DNA of 62,750 nt, filler included, from Choristocarpus tenellus KU-1152 (GCA_964200185.2; 10 parts of 10 records of this genome joined end to end with filler, not necessarily neighbours in it), one strand, 5' to 3'; shown: positions 12,428 through 25,720, counted from the whole stretch's first letter. Made by a program: numbers and translations. Notes: generated from the letters alone by a model not told the origin.

Positions 12428-13240
12428 GTGAGGAACAGACGTCATGCTGAAACATCGTTATGACCAAAAGAAATATTGCTGGACCCAACCTGTGTGGGAT
12501 TTTCATCTTGTTCATGTTATATTCGGTTGGGCGTTCAAGATACACCCCGTGCAATGTCGTACATTTCAGAATTGGCACCATCCCATATAGCAGAGCTCAC
12601 CTTCGTTGCACAGGAGATAATCTTGTGGCTGTATCTCGACCGCCCAATCTTACAACTTCAAGACCTGTGCCACAGTCAATCGTTCATTTCCGTCTGCACT
12701 AACAATACCGCAGAGAATATTCTGTCAAGTAGTTAGCATCAATTTCTTACTGGTCCATGGGCGCAATAGGTAGACCCTGGCTCGGAGACTGACCAAAACG
12801 GGGAATCAAGTGTTGATACCTTCAGGTCGTCTAATTTTTTTGGAGGGTAGATTGACTAATGTTGAAACACTACTGTACCTAGGCAACCTATTTCCACAGT
12901 GGTACAGTGGCATCTTCTATCATTTGCAAAATCACAGCCCCAGGCCTTACCTGGCTTAATTTGTGGGTTATCACCCCATGATGAAATATTTTGCCGTTGA
13001 TGCAACTAGTGACCCTCTTGACTTTGGCCTTCACCTTGAAGACGATGAAGGGTGTCAAGTATCAGCTTTCGCTGTGTATGTCTTGTTCATGATGACTTTG
13101 AGACTTTTTGTAGGAGCAGTGACCTGTTGTTGTGAGCCTAAGTGAATATAGCCCATTGGTTGCTCCAGTTATGCAGTAGTCGGAGTGAGAGTGGGGGCGG
13201 GTGATAGGGAAAGAGTGAATGGTAGCAGCCAAGTGAAAAT

Positions 13241-13268
13241 CACACACACACACACACACACACACACA
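13241..13268. repeat. (CA)n microsatellite
   Basis: Direct dinucleotide run. Confidence 0.9.
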
Positions 13269-13695
13269 TGATGATCGTTATTTCTTAATATAAGTTTGAT
13301 GGATTTACGATTCATCAAGGCAGGCAGGGTGATGCACAACAGAATTCTGTGGCATATCAGAGGATAATAAATATTAAGCACATATTCTTGTATGACTGTG
13401 GACCTGCAATGTGTGTGGAGTGTATAGAACTTTACCTATTTTTCTACTTCCTACTGAAAGACTTCGTTGATGCTTACTGATATATTTTTGATATTGCAGT
13501 TGCTGGCACATGTCTGTTACATCAAATATCCTTGATGCAAAATATCCCTGCCCCCTCCCCCTTCATAGCCAAGGTAACATCTTCTTCCTTACCCCNNNNN
13601 NNNNNNNNNNNNNNNNNNNNNNNNNNNNNNNNNNNNNNNTTAATTAATTAANNNNNNNNNNNNNNNNNNNNNNNNNNNNNNNNNNNNNNNNNNNN

Positions 13696-13792
13696 GCATC
13701 AGGAGTCCTATACGTACATCAGTATCATCTATAAGTCCGTAGATTGGAGCTATACATCCTGTGGAGGTAAGCTTTCGTGGGCGCCTGTAACA
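13696..13792 (+). mobile_element. One end of an LTR of the same family as 26790-27096
   Basis: GCATCAGGAGTCCTATACGTACATCAGTATC...GGCGCCTGTAACA is near-identical to 26999-27096. Confidence 0.75.
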
Positions 13793-13890
13793 TATCCATC
13801 TGATGTATGCAACCAAATCACACAAAAATTGCGACATGAAAACATTGACCCCAAATGGACAGCCGCTACCCCCCTCCAGATACTTTGAGC
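13793..13890 (-). mobile_element. MITE family 2, partial
   Basis: Reverse complement matches 62559-62656 (GCTCAAAGTATCTGGAGGGGG...TTTGGGGTCAAT...GTCGC.ATTTTTGTGTGATTTGGTTG). Confidence 0.75.
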
Positions 13891-13899
13891 CTCCATCCT

Positions 13900-16800
13900 C
13901 TTGGGACAAGGGTTTTCCTTGGCGAGAGGTGTCAGTAGGATGTGGGCTCGTGTCTGGATTATGGAGGTCCCAGAGAGCGTGGAAGACATCCAAATGTAGT
14001 GGGGTGGAGCTATCCATAGCTTCTTTTTCGGTTACCCAATCTGACAATTCTCCTTCCTGATACTTCCCCTTGTACTCCCAGCGCCATACATTGGATGGCT
14101 ACAATACTGCTTTTCTACCAGTGAGAGTGTACATAGGGGTTGCTACCACGGATTGCTCTGTCAGACCTATGTCCGATTCCCATACCAGTTGGGCATATTC
14201 GTCTTGACTACTGTGTGTCCAACTCCCTGGTGGCTAGTCTGCAGATGTACTAGTGCTATGGTGTCTGACACTAGTGTGCGAGGAACTGCTAGCCTAGGTG
14301 CATACTCTCCAGGGGTGTACCAGAGTAACTCCTTATCATCTAGGAAATATGACTCCAAATGTATATTCCCTCTTCCCCACTTGAGTGACGACTTCCAGTG
14401 TTCTTGGCCTTCGAGTACACCTCGTATGCTACCCAAGAAGGGGTCTTTCTTCTGCCTCTCCACTAGCTCTGGCATGTCTGAGAGAGTAGTCATTGCTCTC
14501 TTGAGAGTGGGGTGGTGTTGAACCATTTCACTCATTCGGACTATTCTGTCACTACCCTTCTAGTTCTTTGGCCTTGGTGTACTTTTTCTCCTTTTCTTGC
14601 ATGGTGGCTTCTCTTCTCCTACTGTTCCTTTTATTTCTACCCTGTCTTCGAGGGTAGGGTCTAAATGTTGCCTGCTAAAAGTGTTAGTGGCGTTAAGCGG
14701 GGGAAGAAGTTCCTGTGAGGCGTGTGTCGGGTCTACACTAGGCATCTTATCTGGGGCCATCCAACCAGAGGGAGGGGGTATATGCACTGATAGACTTTGA
14801 TCCTGGGGTCTACTGAGTGGTAGTCAACCTCCAACGCCTAAGTAGCGACCATGAGGTTCCGTGTGGCAACTTTGCAGCGCTGACAGTATTCCTGAGAATG
14901 TGGTATCAATTGTTCCCTGAAGTAACATGTGTGCTACCCCTAGACCCCTAGACTCGATTCATCATGTGAGGGAGAAGTACACTCTAGTTCTGAATATACC
15001 AATGCACAGAGAGAGCAAGGGGACACTGTGGGGTGACTCGGGTTTAGGTTTGATGCACCTAAATCCTGCAAACATACACCATCTAAGACGGGTCCTCGCG
15101 GTCCAGCGTAGCTCTTGCTACAAGCTACTGACGGATCGTCGGGAAAAGAATAGTCGATATCCAAACCTGATGTAGTTGGTGGAGAGAGTCGTGACAGTCC
15201 GTTTGGTAGTTGGTGCTTCGAACCTGCTCGTCACTTCAGTTCCATGTCATGGTCCATAAGGCGAAGGGCCCACCTGTGAAGCTTGGGGATAAGTTCACGA
15301 CTCTTGAAGAGCCAAGTCGGTGCTGAGTAGTCAGTGACTAGAGTGAATTGCCTACCCCAAATGTAGGAACGGACGTGTTCTACAGCGCACAAAATAGCCA
15401 TGCATTCTCTTTCAGTGGGTGCTCTCCTACTGTCTGTTTTAGACCATTTATGGCTAGCATATTCTATGATATGTTCTTGGTCATCATCCTGTACCTGGGT
15501 CAGCGTTGCTCCAGCCCATTCCTCACTCGCACCTGTATGGAGGAGGAACGGCTTATGCCAGTCAGGAAAGACTAGGATTGGTGGAGAAACCAGACGCACC
15601 TTAAGTTCTTCAAAGGCCTCCTGCTCCTCTGATCCCCAAGCGATACTCTTCTTCCTGTCTCTTTCAGAAGCATACCCTTTATTGCGGAGAATGTCAGTCA
15701 GTGGTGCAGCTACTTGGCCATAGTACGGAACAACCTGTCGCCTATATCCTGTCATGCCTAGGAAACATCTTAGCTACTCAAGTGTGGATGGGGGGTCAAG
15801 TCTTGCTACTGCTATCATTTTTGACGGAGCAGAGCGCAAGTCATCTCTGCCTACAAATTCCTGTGAGGGCATGCCGCCACCACAAGGATTTGGGAAAATA
15901 CACAGACAAACCGTATTGCTTGAGTCTGGTCAGGAGGAGGCGAACTTTAGTCTTGTGCTCATCAAATGATGAACTATAGCAAAAAATATCATCTAGTCAG
16001 TTTTCTACACTGTTTCTTTTGAGATCTCCTAAGCCCTCTCCCATGTAACTAGAGAATACTGCAGATAAGAGTTTCAAGCCAAAGCCATACCTTAATACTC
16101 CCAAAGTTGTCCATGGGCGTCACGGAAGGTTGCCTTATGTTTGTCTACCTCTGCAATCTCTAGTTGAAAGAATCCCGACGTTAGATTTATGACAGTAAAA
16201 TAGCTAGAATCCCTAAGCTTAAAAAAAATGCTGGCAATGTTCCCGAGACCTCCATTATCACTACGTGAGAGATCATTGAGCATTTTATAGTCTGTACACA
16301 ACCTCAGGGTTCCATCTTTCTTACGTACTGCTACCACTGGTGCTGCCCACGCTGAGGTGGAGGCTCTAATGATACCACGTTCCTGCAACTGCTTAACCTC
16401 CTCCTGAATCATCTGTGTTTCTTCAGGAGAGAAGCGCCTTTGTTTTACTGCGTAGGGTGTATAGTTCTCGTCTAATAGTGATATGTGTAGTGCTCCTCTA
16501 GAGAATGGGGGAACTCGTTTTTAGGGTCTTCTGGAAATACTCCTAAATTTCTAAACTCGTCTAACAATCCCACCAACTGTTCCTTCTGACCTGGTGTCAA
16601 CTGTCCCATATTGACATCGGTAAGGCTCACTGATTGATGCCGGACCCCCCTGACTTCATCTGAAAGGGTTTCGTCTTTCTCTTCTACCGGACAGTCGCTA
16701 GTCTCATCTGCCTCTGGAGAACGACTTGTCTGAGATCTACCTGTGGCAAGCAGGGCCTGTAATCTTCGAGGGCCTTTGGGGGGTTTGGTTAGTGACTGAA

Positions 16801-17508
16801 AGAGTACAACTATCCTCTCTGTATCCTGAGTATTCTGAGCAACCGCCTTTGCAACTGGCAGCCCTGCTTGGACACTACTGGGCATACTGCACGTATTTAC
16901 CTGCTTGCAATAGATGGGGGTTTCTGGGTTCCGCCATTGTACACCTCTGGAAAATCCGACAGCATTTCCTAATTCCAAGTTATACTCTGATAAGGGCTCA
17001 ATCACCACCAACTGTCTGGATTGTGGTTGTGCCCCCTTAACAAATCCTTGCAAGCTTTGCTGACAAACCCTTCTACATGTTCTACTTCTGACAGTTGCAA
17101 TTCCCACTGCACAGTCCCATCGTCCTCCCACACTACCTCTACTGGGAGGGGTACTAGACTTGGATTCTCCAGTGATGGGGTCAGAGGATCCTTGTCCTGG
17201 GTCAGATCTATTGCCACGGTACCTGTTTCTTGATCCGCACCTGAGGTAACTGCTTCTAGGTGTACATAAAAAAACTTAAATGTTCCTTCTCTGGTTTCAA
17301 ATGTTCACCAGTTGGAGTACTAGTGAATCTTGGGGATATGGGCAGTGTGTCAGAGGGGGGTCCTCTACATCCAGCTGGTCTGGGGGTATTAAGAGGCAGT
17401 CTGTGGTATTTGGATGGTCGGGTTGTGGGGGTCGTTGATGCTTGCCACTCCCCTAGGGCTGACAGGGGTACACTGTTATCACGAGATCTGGGTGTCACAG
17501 CTCGAACA
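13900..17508 (-). mobile_element. Decayed Ty3/Gypsy LTR retrotransposon pol (RT, RNase H, integrase N-terminus)
   Basis: 16092-16412 RT start (GIIRASTSAWAAPVVAVRKKDGTLRLCTDY..LN; DL.SGFFQ-like; F..AHGQLWEY); 15231-15755 RNase H (AFEELK..LVSPPILVFPDW.KPFLL; ERECMAI; FTLVTDY..L.RWAL); 14167-14535 integrase Zn region (LAVP..H..HQGV). RT-RH-IN order indicates Gypsy; multiple stops and frameshifts. Confidence 0.92.
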
Positions 17509-17608
17509 NNNNNNNNNNNNNNNNNNNNNNNNNNNNNNNNNNNNNNNNNNNNTTAATTAATTAANNNNNNNNNNNNNNNNNNNNNNNNNNNNNNNNNNNN
17601 NNNNNNNN

Positions 17609-18159
17609 ATACATCACCCTAATATTCAACAGAGGAAACTAGTAACTAATTTAATACATCACCCTAATATTCAACAGAGGAAACTAGTAACTAATTTAAT
17701 ACATCACCCTAATATTCAACAGAGGAAACTAGTAACTAATTTAATACATCACCCTAATATTCAACAGAGGAAACTAGTAACTAATTTAATACATCACCCT
17801 AATATTCAACAGAGGAAACTAGTAACTAATTTAATACATCACCCTAATATTCAACAGAGGAAACTAGTAATCAATTTAATACATCACCCTGCTATTCAAC
17901 AGAGGAAACTAGTAACCAATTTAATACATCACCCTGATATTCAACAGAGGAAACTAGTAACTAATTTAATACATCACCCTGATATTCAACAGAGGAAACT
18001 AGTAACTAATTTAATACATCACCCTGATATTCAACAGAGGAAACTAGTAACCAATTTAATACATCACCCTAACCCTAACCCTAACCCTAACCCTGATATT
18101 CAACAGAGGAAAGTAGTAACTAATTTAATCCATCACCCTAACCCTAACCCTAACCCAAA
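17609..18159. repeat. 45-bp tandem satellite (~11.5 copies) with embedded (CCCTAA)n
   Basis: Unit ATACATCACCCTAATATTCAACAGAGGAAACTAGTAACTAATTTA at 17609, 17654, ... 18059; telomeric runs at 18067-18094 and 18136-18153; no variable spacers. Confidence 0.95.
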
Positions 18160-20394
18160 CGACAGAATACACAAAAAAAATATAATATCAAACAAAATCT
18201 CCTTGACAGGGAAGAGGCGTCAAAGAACACCATTCAAAAAATATCATTGAAAAATATCATTGAAAAATATCATTGAAAAACAGGCTAGGAACACCTCACG
18301 TATTTCATGCATGTATACCCTTACAGTCCAGATACACCACCAGGGTATACCCTCTTCAGGCCACTGCTCACCATAACGGTAACATGTCCCTAAGCATTAG
18401 TGATGCTACTTGCATTACATTTCACGGATTAGGGTTAGGGATTCAAAGAAAAACACTCTCAAGAATTAGGGGGCTATACCTTCACAAACGAGAATTTTCA
18501 ACACTTTTTTTCCAGTGATTAGGGTTAGGTTTGGACAAAAAATAAAAATATAGATTCGTTAGTGTTAGTTAGGGTTTGGGGTTCACAATAAAAAGATACA
18601 TAATCAGGTACAGATATATTAAAATACGAAATAATTATAGGATCATTACTATTACTACTGTTAGTAATAATGATGATGATGTAAAAGGGGGGGAATGACT
18701 TCTTGTGTAAATTAAATTTCCAAAAACAATGGCAAGATCTCAACCAATAAATATTCGACAAATAGAAAGGTCACTATGTGCATAGAAGGCGGCGTAGCAA
18801 AAGGTATAATGGAGAGCGGACAATTTAAACACCAACAACACAAGTGTCACTTTCCATCAAAGAAATTTCCGCACAATATCTTTGAACACCTCAGACAATA
18901 TTCGAACCTAGCATCTAAGTTTTTAGTTTACTGTTGTAACAGGACACCTACAGAGAATTCTCTCACCATGTTGGGGTCATGCATACAACACTCTTTTTAC
19001 ATGGCAGCTGATCCTTGATGCCAATATTGAGTTGAGTTTACAGCAATCAGACCACATACGAAAATATTGATGTCTCAGAGAGGTATCAGGTATAATATAT
19101 GTGCATTACATAGCGACTGTTCGATTAAACCATAATGCTAATACTAGCACAGTATTATTAATTATAGTAACAACAGAAATGGCCAATTTATTGCTCAATT
19201 CCACAAAATTTGTTCCCAAGCTTAGGAGATATTTACAGGATGTTCCAGTGTGATAGGACTCAAACAAGCTTGAACCCCTGGGACAGGCATTTGAGCAAAC
19301 TTAATAAAAATAATAACAAAATAATAATAAATAATAATAATAAAGTAGTCAAAATGGAGGATAGACTAGAATATAAAAAAGCACACTGACAAGACAATAT
19401 TGTAATGTAATGCGATCTTCACGAAGTGACATGAGAGTAAAAAGCACATTGGTGGAACATATCACACCACATCAGACCTCTAAGACGATATACAGCAACT
19501 TGGAAAGCTTTGCTGCTGAGCATGACTGCACTACTACTGTACTACTGCTGCTGAAATAGGCCTCCGGTGGTATGGGTGTAGTAGTACACCATTTCTGAAA
19601 GCATAATTCTTTGCTCAGTAAGTAATACTTCCATTATATACTATACTGTACAGTACTAAAAAGTGAAAAAAAAGAGGAAATACTAAATTCAATCTGTTCC
19701 GCGGTGTATTACAAAAAGATGAAAAGAACAAATTCCAAAAACAGGATTTGACTGGTAGAGCAATGCACATTAGCATAGCTTCAACAGAAGTGGGAATATA
19801 CCGTTGAAAAGAGAAACACTCAACCTGAATACAAGCAGATGATATCCGCCCCATAACTTTATGCAAAGAAGAGTGTGCGTAGTAGGTAGTACTCTTACAC
19901 AGGACTGGGAAAGTTATCTACTTCTCTTATCACTGGTGAATACCAACGTTTTGAAGGTCGTAGGATCAATACAATCCCGGAAATGTTCCGCAACATTTAC
20001 TCAAGTACTGAACAGGTAGCGAGTAGACAATGAAGAAAGACACCACAGTTGAATGACTAGTTTGCAATGACCTGGCTGAACGTGGCCTATCATATGTGTA
20101 CCTAAACTTGACCGCCAGACCGCTTTCGCACGTCTTTGAAAACAATCCTCCTTGCCTCGAGGATCCTCAGACACGACTAATATTGGTGAGAAGGCCGTAG
20201 AGGTTGTACCAAGAATCGATCCCTGGAAACTGAATCTGAGTCTCTTCAAGATACTTCTATCGCTCCCACATCGGAAAAAATCTGTAAGAGATCACACACC
20301 GTCACACCACGCGCCAAGCTTGAGCTAAAGAACCACCCATAGAGCACAAGACCATGTCATTTCAAAGGGATCTGGTTACTCTCAGAGTCCTTAC

Positions 20395-21134
20395 CAGACA
20401 TGAAAGGGTAATTCGGTATAAACTTGTTAGCGTTCGCGGACCAAGGAAGCTCCTTAGGTGCCTCCTTTATCGTTCCGTCCTCACCCACAATGAACATGCG
20501 TGTCCTGTCCGGGTATATCATGACAGGGACGAACTCCAGCTCACCTTTAAGCAAGGAGTGGCATGGAAGAAGGTGGATGGAATATATAGGCTAATCAACA
20601 GGGTGAAAACTATATTGCGGAGTAGAAAGTGACAAGACCTGATCTGAGACCACCCTCACCAGAGCCGATGTTTTCCCTTCGAAAGAATAGTACAATCTGT
20701 GAAACGTTGAGTACTGATGCCAGCATATCAAACTGTGCGTTGACCAGATCGCTGAACTCCTGTGATCCCACGCTGACACCCCTCTTTCCACCATTGCCTG
20801 CATCCCACTCGGAGTTGCCAGTCTCATCCACACGACGACCACCTCCATAGTCTCTTCCGGCTTCTACTCGACGGTGTGCGTCTTTGCCACCCCCATTATT
20901 CGTCGAATCGAATGTATTTTCCTCATACCCAGAATCTATGATCCAAGGCTCAGAGGACATAAGTAAATGTCCCCGTCCTGCCACACATCGCCTGCCATAC
21001 CAAGACGGTCTTCCCGCAAAAGGCCGAGGCCGAATGCAGGGAGTCAGACCTATTGCATATTCTAAGCAAAAGAAGAAGACAGACGCTGCCAGCACCGAAG
21101 CAGGCCTCACCAGTACCCTTGACCTTCCATTCAT
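20395..21134 (-). CDS. CSK: Probable chloroplast sensor kinase (Hik2 homologue), N-terminal exons with bipartite plastid-targeting presequence
   Basis: Exons 20660-21134 and 20395-20544 (GT-AG, phase 1). Hydrophobic signal (VLAASVFFFCLEYAIG-LTP) then Arg/Ser-rich transit region, then SQEFSDLVNAQFDMLASVLNVSQIVLFFRRE..GELEFVPVMIYP, resembling the CSK/Hik2 N-terminal GAF-region motif. Kinase domain not seen. Confidence 0.62.
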
Positions 21135-21632
21135 ATCTCTAGAGATATGTCTCTAGAATGTGTGTTCAACAAATCTTGGTTGTTGAAGAAAGTCGGTTTG
21201 GAGAAGCAAATCTCTACGAACTCCTCCATTTGGTTCCAACACTCCAAACAACGAAAGGTCTCGCATTGGAACTTGTAGCTCGTCTCCGTGACGAGAAATA
21301 TGGGGTTGCAGTCGAGGTGAAAATATCTGTTGAGGGAATCTCTAAGAGTAACGGCTACCAACCTATTCTGCAGCATTGCAACGAAACCCTTACAGCACGC
21401 ATCCAAAGCACCTTCTGACACTGGGCTTGACCAGTTACTGCCAGCGTGTCTGATTAGTGTGTGATTCTTTGACTAGCATTGACATGAAAAGTTTCTTCGT
21501 CGATCGCATGAGCCAAAATCCTCAAATTTTCCTCTCCGTTGCCGACACACCATCAGCAACGGTGAGGGGATACCCATCCCACTGCTTGGTCATCTCAGCT
21601 TAGGTCCGTTTACCATTGTGGTCGCGGTGTGC

Positions 21633-23265
21633 ATGATGGTGGAGATGATTGTTGGGATAATCACATGGTGGATCACTCGTGTGACTGCGCAACAACAAGA
21701 AATGTCTGAACAACGTCAGATTCTAAGAGTTGGCGTGGCGAAGGTGGGGCAAGTAGTGGAGGTCGTCCGACGACTGAAACGTTGAGGTAGCCTTTAATTG
21801 GGAGCGGGTTGGTCACTATTTCTCTACTTCAACCATGTGATTCATCAATGTATAACCATTTCATAGAGAAAAGTTGTATTTTTGACCACCTTCACCCGAA
21901 CATAGACTGGAAATACCGTCCATTGCAGGTGTTCCAAGCAGTTGGCATTTGCTTTACAGTATCTGTTGGGTCGAATGCCGACCCAACACAGTACACTACG
22001 TCCTTGAGCGGTTGATCTTAAGTTATAAATCCACTTGCACCCCCCTTCAGCCTGGTTCCCTGCATCTTCTGTATTTCTCTTTCGTGAGCTTTCTCTTAAA
22101 ACACTTTGGATGCTAGATGTCCATGTGCCCTATGCTTGTGGCCTCTCAGTCGCAGTCGATCCTGTAACTAAATTATCATCACAACAGCAAATCGATATCT
22201 CATCATCGTATGCTTGGTTCCACCTTTCTCATCTGTACCCTTTCCCGGAACCGGAACCGGTTTGTTGTTACCTGCGGGGACACTCCAGACAAATTATCCG
22301 TCCATGTTTGTGGAGAATTCTAAGCTTCAGCGCATGCTGCTTAGGGTCGAAAAGCAGATAGAAAAGGATGAGGCAGAAAAGGCTGCTCGCGTGAAGAAAG
22401 TATCGTACGTGCTCTGGGTATTCAAGGCAAGTTATAGTGCATAGGAGCAGCAATTCAAATTGGTTGGGTAGGAGATCTGGAAATCAACAGCGGTTCAAAC
22501 AAAATCGCGATATCCTATTCTATTCTGCCATACACCCCTCAACCAACAGATCGTTTCCACCTGATGGGAAAGCAGTGGTTTCGCTTCTTGTTTAGTCAGT
22601 GAGTTTGAGATCTAACCCTAACCCTTATGCAAGTCCCCGCTTTAATAGCTGCATGGTTGGTGGCAATGTTGGGACAGATTGTTGTGATTCTATTGGACAA
22701 ATTACTATTGGTTATGAATACTGTTTGTGATTGAGTATACTAGACTGTTGTGGGGCCAGGTTATGTGAGCATGTCATCCTGCGGACAGTCCATGTTGTGT
22801 TTGATTTACAACAATACTAATTTGTGTTACACTGGGGGGTGGAGAAAGAGGATTGAAAAATGGGAAGAGAGGGGAGTAGGGCAGGTTCCTAAGTTGAATA
22901 ACGACCTGTGGTATATCCAAACACCTCCGTTATCCTTTGCGTCTTGTGACTGACGCCTTCCATCTTTCAGTGATTCCCCACTCATACACCTGTTCGGCAT
23001 ATCACAACCTTTAAGGCCTAACCCTTCACAACACACACAGGCAAGGATACTGTGGCACCGGACTCTCTAACCTAAATTACTGTGTTACACTGGTTCACCT
23101 TACCACTGTGTTGTGAAGCAAACCTTATCCCTTACTGACATGACTGATAATTCCCTCTGCCCCTCCACCTGTAGATATCCATGTACATGTGCCTGGTGGT
23201 GTTGTTCTGGGGTCAGCCACTGGTTGCAGTTTCGATGGACTTTCTATGGCCATGTCGGAGAGTCT
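21633..23265 (+). CDS. GET1: GET1/WRB tail-anchored protein insertase subunit, partial
   Basis: Exons 21633-21743, 22289-22426 (GC donor), 23175-23265: TM helix, coiled coil ..AK|TNYPSMFVENSKLQRMLLRVEKQIEK, then TM ..VLFWGQPLVAVSMDFLWP. Start codon uncertain. Confidence 0.7.
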
Positions 23266-25334
23266 NNNNNNNNNNNNNNNNNNNNNNNNNNNNNNNNNNN
23301 NNNNNNNNNTTAATTAATTAANNNNNNNNNNNNNNNNNNNNNNNNNNNNNNNNNNNNNNNNNNNNTTTTTTTTTTTTTTTTTCAAAACAAACATCCTCAT
23401 AGTCCTGCACCATCCTCAATTTTGAAAAATCCCTGTTAAATCGAGAGGTAGGCAGGTTTGAACCTTTTGCATTTCAAGCCATCTTTCTTACTCTGTGCAA
23501 TACACTCAATTTCATTGCTTTATGTGGACGATAGTGTACACAAATTGATATTGCCCCTTTCCGAATATGCCAAAAGACACCACAGTCCAGAAAATGCTCT
23601 GTCTGCGATTGTACAAAATAGCATATTTTCCACCTTCTCGGGATCCTTAGATTGCAACCCTGACTGTACATCAATTGTTTCGACTCTGGAGCCCTCAATC
23701 AACGACCTAAATCTATGACCCTCACTACTGCACCAACAATGATGGGAGTAGCTGAAGCACACCAGGCAGTGGGACGTAGGAAAGCTACGTGTCCCAACAA
23801 TCTTCCAGTCAAGGTCCTAAAACTTGGTCTGTCATAGTAAACTGTGTTTCTGCTTACTTTGCATGTGGTGGTACAAGCATATAACATGGTGTGGCGGTTT
23901 CATCTACGTTTATGATATGTTTGGTAGTACACATAGTAGTACAGTGAATAAGTGGTGTGATGAGTCAGATCAGTGACTGTGTTAGTAGACGGCATGACAC
24001 AGTAGTTCAGAAGGTGGTGGTTAGTGTCAAGATGCCAAGGGGTTCTTACCCCCAGGTCACCTTCACGACAGTGACGTATTGGGTTGTCTAGCTGGCATAG
24101 ATGGAGTATGAGATGTCCGAATCAACAGTACAAATTGCCATGTTGGACTGCTTGGGTGAGGATTACACGACCATCAGGCATTACCTACACATCAGGAAAA
24201 AGACGGGCAGACACGGCAAGCAACAAAGAGGAGGCCAGGAATGGTACTATGACGAGAACCATAGGGCACACTAAGGAAAGTAGCTGTATCACGTCGGGCG
24301 AAACAAGCGTTGGTGTGACAGAGTATCGTGCTAGGGTATCAGGAGCGATGACATGAACACTGGAGGGACTGAGTATCATGCCAGGGGTAACACTGGTGGT
24401 AACACGGCTGGGCCTCATGATAACTGTGATAGGTGCAGTCTACATGAGTGTATTGGTTCGCGTACTGTTGAAGGTGTCAAACTTATGCTGAGAGAGCGCA
24501 CATATTATATGTATATATATATATATATCCGCCTGGGGGGGGTGAGGTTATCTACTGAGACTATAGTCTTGACTAGGACAGGGAAGCAGCCAGCAAGAGA
24601 AGCAGGATATTCAGTTTTCCCTCAGTACTATAGTCTACAATATGCTGGTGGGAATGTTTAGATTGGAGATATAGTGTTTTAACCCAGGGACAATAAGGAG
24701 TAAAAAGCCTGCTCTTGTCCTAACTGCTTTCATTCCCCATTCCTCTCGCTCCTCTCATACCTCTATTGAGTTAACAATCAAATTTATTCATGATGCTAAC
24801 TATGATCTCATGGGTGGGTCTACTCAAATTTTGAGTGGGATAGGGTAATATACTTGGCAAATACTGTGTGTATAAAACCTTCAGAACAATTTGTTGCTTC
24901 TTGAGTTGGGGGCTCCTCCCACCTGCATACTTCTCCCTCAAATACACCCAAGCGCTAGAAAGGCAGTCTCACTCTCGGTCCAGGAGTTAGGGGGTGTTGA
25001 GGAGGTATCTCCTCGACTGAGAAGGGGTACAAGAGGAACATGAGATTAGTCTGTTTGTATGGACACACAGAACGATTTTCCCTGGATTGGTGAGAGTCCA
25101 GGAAGTGGTGAGGAAGTCCACAAGGAAGATGCTGACAGCAGAAGTGGAAGGGAACTCTGGCAACTGGACATCAAGGGTCAACATTCTATAGCGCTGCACA
25201 CCCAAACTGGTGACCGTACAAAATCCCTTGATTTATCTACTCATTTACATATTTTGTTATTTTTCCTAAAGTGTTTGTTTGTTGCGATTGGGACTACCCT
25301 TGCGATTTGTGCAAGCGGTAAACCCATTTGATTG

Positions 25335-25715
25335 TTAGTGTATGATATCCCTCCTGAACCTAAGAGTGTAAGAGCAGAACGTAGTTCTCCCGAATGTGTT
25401 TTGTGAGATCGAGCTAGAACTGAAGAGATGCCTGGTTCGTTGTTGAACGATATTTGGGTGGAGGCTATTTCACCCCCTGGACACAGGACGATTGACACCA
25501 AGTGGATACACAAGTGCAAGTGACAAAATTTGATGAGGTAGTGTGATACAAGGCGCGTAGGTAGAAAAATGCTTTTGCAACATTGAGGGTTTAGATTACC
25601 AAGATACCTTTGTTCTGACATCATCACGTGCGTCTCTGAGAATGGTTTCAGCGTTGGCTGCAGTCAGGGGTTGGGAATTATTGGGATGTGAAGCAAGCTT
25701 CATCCAGAGTCAAGT
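25335..25715 (+). mobile_element. Decayed Ty1/Copia reverse transcriptase fragment
   Basis: Translation across stops/frameshifts: EPKSV..EEM..LLNDIW..PPGHRTIDTKWIHKCK..YKAR..EGLDYQDTF..SLRMVSALAAVRGWEL, the RVT_2 N-terminal signature. Confidence 0.78.
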
Positions 25716-25720
25716 CAACT

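Noticed and set aside
12753-12820. tRNA-like start GGTCCATGGGCGCAATAGGTAG
   Set aside because: No T-arm GTTCRA or cloverleaf could be formed; at most a degenerate SINE relic.
17609-18159. CRISPR-like array
   Set aside because: Head-to-tail units without unique spacers, no cas genes, eukaryotic context.
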